From a virus (lineage: Duplodnaviria > Caudoviricetes), in IMG/VR virus record IMGVR_UViG_3300019874_000013, positions 1 to 39,367 of that record: DNA of 39,367 nt. The stretch is one strand, 5' to 3'. The notes under the pieces were generated by a model. That model saw only the letters and a list, made by a program, of their open reading frames with translations. It was not told where the DNA came from and ran no database searches. The position numbers and the translations under genes were made by a program. Below, one piece after another: positions 34,472-39,367 of the stretch. Numbering within the stretch: position 1 is the first letter of the stretch; the number at the start of each line of letters is the position of its first letter.

Positions 34472-35334
34472 GTTCCCTCTTTTATTTTAGTTACCCGCCA
34501 GCTCTCTACCGGAGCTTTGCGGTATTTGTTTAAGTCTACACCCTGAAGCTCGGGGATATCGCTATATTGGACAGCGCCACCCCTAACAACCTTGGTTAGC
34601 CTAATGCCTCCACCGAAGGAGTTCTGACCTTCGCTAAGCCCGATTAACTCGTCTCTTAGGTTAGTCTCTATCTCTTCCAGCTTCTTTATCACGCTCTGCA
34701 CTTCCAAGAGAGCCTTAGCTTTCTCATCCCACTCGCCCGATCTCTCAACGTAGTCGCGATCTGTAAAAGCGGGGGGAATGAAGTCGATATAATTACGCCA
34801 AAACTTATGCACTTCCTTAACTATCTTGTTTATCAAGGCTTCATCCCTGAGAACCTGGACAGGATAGCCAACCTTATTAATTTTGTCCCAGAAGTAATAA
34901 TAGCAAGTATCCATCTCAGAAATAAAAAGTTGATATTGCATCTGGATTCTATATTTCATAGGAATTAAGTAAGCTCTAGCATCTTCGGTGGCTTTCTGGC
35001 CCCCCGTCTTAATCTCTAAGATACACTTATTCTCGAAGTTAATGCCGTCGAGGGAAGCGGACATGTAGTAGTATTCAGCGCTTTCACCACAAAGAGGCGG
35101 CAATTTAAATCCCATGATACCTTCGAAGGCTTCGCGAGCCTCTGCTTCATAAAGATTGCCCTCGGCCATTGCCTGTGTTTGCTTAATCTCGAATAGACCC
35201 AGCATATTTAGATATTGCTGATATGAAGTAAGGAAACCCTCCCCCATAATGTTAGCCACCATTGAAGCGCCAATTTTATTTTGTCTCCAAGCGTGCCACT
35301 CGGGAGAATTTGGTTTAACGTCGATAATTTTCAT
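34468..35334 (-). CDS. YqaJ-like (lambda exonuclease family) nuclease
   Basis: EWHAWRQNKIGAS, MSASLDG, LEIK, YRIQMQYQL. Confidence 0.93.
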   Translation of the reverse strand: MKIIDVKPNSPEWHAWRQNKIGASMVANIMGEGFLTSYQQYLNMLGLFEIKQTQAMAEGNLYEAEAREAFEGIMGFKLPPLCGESAEYYYMSASLDGINFENKCILEIKTGGQKATEDARAYLIPMKYRIQMQYQLFISEMDTCYYYFWDKINKVGYPVQVLRDEALINKIVKEVHKFWRNYIDFIPPAFTDRDYVERSGEWDEKAKALLEVQSVIKKLEEIETNLRDELIGLSEGQNSFGGGIRLTKVVRGGAVQYSDIPELQGVDLNKYRKAPVESWRVTKIKEGT

Positions 35335-35510
35335 TTACTAGACATCTCTTTCTTCCAGGCATTTCGATATATTTCGTAATCTGATCGCTGTTTAACGACC
35401 AGGCAGGTAAGGAGCTGAATTAGGATATCGTCGTGGTATTCGGGCCATTGCTCAAACCACTCGGAGTAGCGCTCTTCTAATTCTTTAATTAGTTCTTGTT
35501 GGGGTGTCAT
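35331..35510 (-). CDS. Hypothetical protein (59 aa, not in the track)
   Basis: AAGGA RBS; ATGA coupling to the YqaJ gene. Confidence 0.55.
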   Translation of the reverse strand: MTPQQELIKELEERYSEWFEQWPEYHDDILIQLLTCLVVKQRSDYEIYRNAWKKEMSSK

Positions 35511-35533
35511 AAAATTCCTTTTTAAGCTTCTTA

Positions 35534-36202
35534 TCAGAAAGGAATTTCTTTGTCGAAAATAGAAGGAGATTCAGCTTTAGCGGGTTGAGTTTTATTATGC
35601 TCAAAGGTAGAGGTAACCTTGGTAAGAATACGGGAATGGAAATCCGTGGTTACTTCTAAGATTTCATGGAAGCCTAGATCTTTTAGCCATTTGCCGAAGC
35701 CGGCTTTCTGCTCATCCGAAAATGTATTATACATCGCATAAAGTTCTCTAGCCTGCTTTTCTGATATTCTGGCAGCCAAGACTTTTACAGGCTCGGGAGC
35801 TTTATCTTTTCTGGTACGATCCGTCGCGCTCTCTCCATCGTCATCTTCAGTTGACACGCCAACGATGGCAGATAGGGCATAACGGCGTTGATAGGTGACG
35901 GCTGAACCAAATGATTGGGCATCGACTTTAGCGCAAATAATGGGGGCTATAGACTTAACCCATTGACCCGACTTATGGCCGAGTATAGTTACTAGGCAAT
36001 TCACGCCATCGAGGATCATGATAGATTGCGTAACGCAAAGGCCATTCTTGGTTAGAGCATCTCGGCAAGCTTCCCATACGCTGGAAAGATCAGCATACTT
36101 TGACTTGAAGAAAGGATTCGCAGCATCTTTAAGCGCAGGGCGGATTTCGCCTTGGCACTTTGAAAGAGCGGTATAAAGTTCGTTGACTTGTTCAGACTGC
36201 AT
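35534..36202 (-). CDS. erf: ERF-family ssDNA annealing protein
   Basis: NPFFKSKYADL, HKSGQW, AQSFGSAVTYQRRYAL, EDDDG. Confidence 0.95.
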   Translation of the reverse strand: MQSEQVNELYTALSKCQGEIRPALKDAANPFFKSKYADLSSVWEACRDALTKNGLCVTQSIMILDGVNCLVTILGHKSGQWVKSIAPIICAKVDAQSFGSAVTYQRRYALSAIVGVSTEDDDGESATDRTRKDKAPEPVKVLAARISEKQARELYAMYNTFSDEQKAGFGKWLKDLGFHEILEVTTDFHSRILTKVTSTFEHNKTQPAKAESPSIFDKEIPF

Positions 36203-36230
36203 TTTATGCCTCTAAGTTGTTGTTCCTACC

Positions 36231-36260
36231 AATATATCATTACTAGGATTAAGGGTGCAA
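36231..36260 (-). promoter_or_regulatory. Sigma70-type promoter TTGCAC-N18-TATATT
   Basis: Near-copy of 4289-4318. Confidence 0.65.
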
Positions 36261-36676
36261 TAAAAAAAGAGGATGATTTTTAGGCCACCCTCTACAACAA
36301 CAAAGATCATCTCTCTGAGGATTCTTGTCACAGAGAGATTATCTTAACGGCGCTAAAAGGGGAAGACAAAAAAATCGCCCCTGGGATGAGCAGAGGCGAA
36401 GTGTGGAAAGAGCCTCTTTAATGTACAATCAACGGCCTAAATGTAGGGGAGGGGAGCTAATTTGTCAAAGTTTAACTTGAGCTTTAGTTGATGTAAGAGT
36501 AGATTAAAGAAGATGCCGCGTAAACACAAACCCACGCGGCATCCAGACGTAGCTAAAATAACTATACTGTTCCTTCATCATGATTGCAATATCTAAAAAC
36601 TTTCATGAAAAAGTGGCTATAGATTACCATGCTTATGTCTTTAAAAACAATAGGTTTGTAAAGATGTAGCTTCTTT

Positions 36677-37537
36677 GTGCGACTAAGAATTCCTCTACCT
36701 AACTATACACAAGTTCCAAACGATCTTTTCGATCACTGGCTTCCCCACCTTAACGAGTCCGAACTAAAAGTTTTGCTCGTCGTCATTCGTCAAACGCTCG
36801 GCTATCACAAACAAGCCGACGTAATAAGTCATTCGCAGATACAAAAAAAGACTGGCCTCTCGAAGGCTAACTGCTTGATAGGGGTGAAGTCTCTCATCTC
36901 TAAAGGGGTCATCCGAAAAACCGTACATGGCGTTCTTGGTACAGAGCAAGTTTCCTATGAATTAATTTTCGCCGAAGAGCCAGCAATTCAGCCTATTGCC
37001 GTAGAGGAGGGGGGGGGTATTGTTCCGATACTGGGGGGGGTATCGCAACAATACCCACAAAAGAAAGAGACAAAAGAAAAAGAACAACAACAAAAGCCTT
37101 CGGCTGCTGCTGTTTTCTCTAAAGCGATTGAAGACAAGCTACAGGCTCTTGGGGTAACAAAGACTGAGCGTAAGAAATGGAATTACTCAGAAGCTCAAGT
37201 CTCTCAGGCATTTGCCGTGACAGGGGAGGTGCCAAGAGATAATCCTCTTAAGACTTTCCGCGCAGCGCTCAAAGATGGCTGGGAGCCGACGAAGCCTCGG
37301 CGCAAAAAAGGTCAGGTGGATATTGAAACTTGGGTGCGTGGAATCAATGCCAATCTGCCTAAAGACCTTCATGTGCGAATTGAAGGTGACGACGTTGTTT
37401 TCCTTGATAAAAGGTTTGATGGACATAAAAATATAATTGTTAAATCGAAATTACCTATTAATAATTTAAATGTTGATTTAAACAAAAGAGAGCAAATACA
37501 ATCTAACCTCAAACAAATAGTTCAGGAGAGACCATGA
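36677..37537 (+). CDS. Replication initiator (lambda O-like N-terminal domain)
   Basis: YTQVPNDLFD...ELKVLLVVIRQTLGYHK...ISHSQIQKKTGLS; followed by dnaB. Confidence 0.85.
   Translation: MRLRIPLPNYTQVPNDLFDHWLPHLNESELKVLLVVIRQTLGYHKQADVISHSQIQKKTGLSKANCLIGVKSLISKGVIRKTVHGVLGTEQVSYELIFAEEPAIQPIAVEEGGGIVPILGGVSQQYPQKKETKEKEQQQKPSAAAVFSKAIEDKLQALGVTKTERKKWNYSEAQVSQAFAVTGEVPRDNPLKTFRAALKDGWEPTKPRRKKGQVDIETWVRGINANLPKDLHVRIEGDDVVFLDKRFDGHKNIIVKSKLPINNLNVDLNKREQIQSNLKQIVQERP
37010..37055. repeat. Two tandem 23-bp iteron-like repeats (putative origin)
   Basis: GGGGGGGGTATtGttcCGATACt and GGGGGGGGTATcGcaaCAATACc, followed by an A-rich tract. Confidence 0.55.
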
Positions 37538-38928
37538 TAGATTTCACTAAGCTTTCCGACCCCGATTCCGAAGTTGTCTTGCTGGGTACTATGCTCTCGT
37601 CGATCAATGCGGTAAACAACGCGATGGACGTTCTTGGAGAGGGAGATTTCGTCAAAGCCGAGCACGTGAAGATATTCCGAGCTATGCAGAAGCTCTACAG
37701 GCTAGACCACGAGATCGAACCTTTCTCGGTAATCCGAGTTGTCGAGGAGGATAACAAGAACTTCGACGGCTTTTACGTCATCAACTTGCAGCAGTTCAAC
37801 ACTTCAGGCGAGGGGCTTTACCAGATCGAGAAGATCAAGGAGCTATCTCGTATGCGTCGGCTTTTGGTGGCTTTCCATGAGAATTGCGACATTGTCCAAA
37901 ACAAGAAGGGGACTTCCGAGGAGATCATTGCAAAGATCTGCAAGGACATGGACTCCATTGTCTCCGAAAAGTCGGCTCCCGAGAAGAATTACGACGACGT
38001 AATATGGCAAAACTTTAGAGATACCGGCGAGCCCTATTGGAAATACCTCGAAAAACGAATGGAAATGAGCCTTAGAGGCGAGATCGTGTTCGATGGTGTG
38101 TCTACCCACTACCCGAGGTTAGATAAGGCTTTAAATGGCCTAAATAACGGTCATTTCATTGTTGTCGGCGCAAGACCGGGAGTTGGAAAGACAACTTTCT
38201 TGATAAACCTCATTCGAAACGTCTGTCTTAAGCAGAAGCAGCCAGCCGCCTTTTTCAGCTTAGAGATGTCAACCGAGGATGTTTTTATCAACCTAACTTG
38301 CATAGATGCCGCAGTCCCAAGCAAGAGCGTAAGGGCCGCGACTATCGAGCCGGACGAGTTTAACCGTTTCATTGGAGCTGCCGAAAAGCTAAGAGGAGTG
38401 CCGCTTTACGTTGACGATCAGGGATCGCTCAGGATAAGCCAGATCATTGCTCGAGCTAAGCGCTACGTCTCTGTTTACGGGATCAAGGTGATTTTCGTTG
38501 ACTATCTCACCCTTGTCACGGGCGATGTGAGATATTCTAACAAACAAGAGGAGATTGCCGAGACTTCAAAAGCGTTGCGGGCTTTAGCTAAAAAGCTAAA
38601 CATTCCGATAATCTGCATTTGCCAGCTCAATCGGGATTCGGAGAAGGATCAGCGCATACCGCGCAAATCCGATTTGAGGGAGTCTGGGCAGATCGAGCAA
38701 GACGCTCATTCCATCCTAATGCTTCATAGGCCAGATATGAATGATCCACTTGGCAAGCCTGGCCTTATGCAAGTGCATATAGTCAAAAACCGTTTCGGCG
38801 AAGAGTGCGTGATAGATTTTTCTTTCCAGAAGGAATCGGGATTGATGGAAGAAATCGCGCCTATTCAATATTTTCACCCACCCGTGGAAGATTACCAGTC
38901 ACCCGAATTCGATAGGTATAATGTATGA
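37534..38928 (+). CDS. dnaB: Replicative DNA helicase
   Basis: GARPGVGKT, FSLEM, VDYL, QLNR, SDLRESGQIEQDA, KNRFG. Confidence 0.97.
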   Translation: MIDFTKLSDPDSEVVLLGTMLSSINAVNNAMDVLGEGDFVKAEHVKIFRAMQKLYRLDHEIEPFSVIRVVEEDNKNFDGFYVINLQQFNTSGEGLYQIEKIKELSRMRRLLVAFHENCDIVQNKKGTSEEIIAKICKDMDSIVSEKSAPEKNYDDVIWQNFRDTGEPYWKYLEKRMEMSLRGEIVFDGVSTHYPRLDKALNGLNNGHFIVVGARPGVGKTTFLINLIRNVCLKQKQPAAFFSLEMSTEDVFINLTCIDAAVPSKSVRAATIEPDEFNRFIGAAEKLRGVPLYVDDQGSLRISQIIARAKRYVSVYGIKVIFVDYLTLVTGDVRYSNKQEEIAETSKALRALAKKLNIPIICICQLNRDSEKDQRIPRKSDLRESGQIEQDAHSILMLHRPDMNDPLGKPGLMQVHIVKNRFGEECVIDFSFQKESGLMEEIAPIQYFHPPVEDYQSPEFDRYNV

Positions 38929-39104
38929 AAAAGCCACTATTTTCCCAAGACCCGCAGGAGATGATGATACTAAAGGAGCTTTCCAGTCAGGCTTTCTCTT
39001 TCGTGGAGTTCTATAAAAAATATGGTAAAGAAATGCTTTTAAAGGCGATGGACATATCAAATAGGAGTGAAAAGTTTAAAAATGCTAGAAAAATTAGGAG
39101 TTAA
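38925..39104 (+). CDS. Hypothetical protein (59 aa, not in the track)
   Basis: ATGA coupling to dnaB. Confidence 0.45.
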   Translation: MKKPLFSQDPQEMMILKELSSQAFSFVEFYKKYGKEMLLKAMDISNRSEKFKNARKIRS

Positions 39105-39105
39105 C

Positions 39106-39294
39106 ATGAACGACAAGATAATGGAATATATTGCTTTATTACACATGGTAAAGGTATTTCGTGAGAGGACTTATGAGAAAGGCTTGGGTTCTGAGCCTCT
39201 AGGAATAGAATTTGATAATTTAAAATTAGATATTTATCAGAAAATTGGAAAGGAAATAGTTTCAAATATGGAAAAAGAAAAACCTATAGGATAA
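39106..39294 (+). CDS. Hypothetical protein
   Basis: AGGAG RBS before the ATG at 39106. Confidence 0.55.
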   Translation: MNDKIMEYIALLHMVKVFRERTYEKGLGSEPLGIEFDNLKLDIYQKIGKEIVSNMEKEKPIG

Positions 39295-39367
39295 ATATTT
39301 AAAAAAAGATAAGTTAGCCTGAAAAAACACGGGGATATAATGGTTTCTTTCCTTGAATCGAAGACTA
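39241..39367. repeat. Terminal direct repeat, right copy
   Basis: Identical to 1-127. Confidence 0.95.

Overview
Apparently complete circular genome (about 39,240 bp; bases 1-127 repeat as 39241-39367) of a tailed, podovirus-like dsDNA phage. It carries small early genes (HTH proteins, GroES, RusA-like nuclease), terminase, P22-like portal, scaffold, capsid, tail and ejection proteins, several fibre proteins, an ERF/YqaJ recombination pair, a replication initiator and DnaB. I recognised no integrase or endolysin. The main result is that the major capsid gene (N4-gp56-like, 316 aa after splicing) is split into five exons by three full group I introns plus a 48-nt insertion. That insertion keeps the group I splice-site signals (P1 with a U.G pair, P10, terminal G) but has no catalytic core. 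In three of the four insertions, read-through of the unspliced RNA ends in an ssrA-like degron (YALAA*, ELLAA*, DLLAA*) written with different codons. This suggests the introns tag truncated capsid fragments for proteolysis. Protein family assignments come from motif recognition by eye, not database searches.
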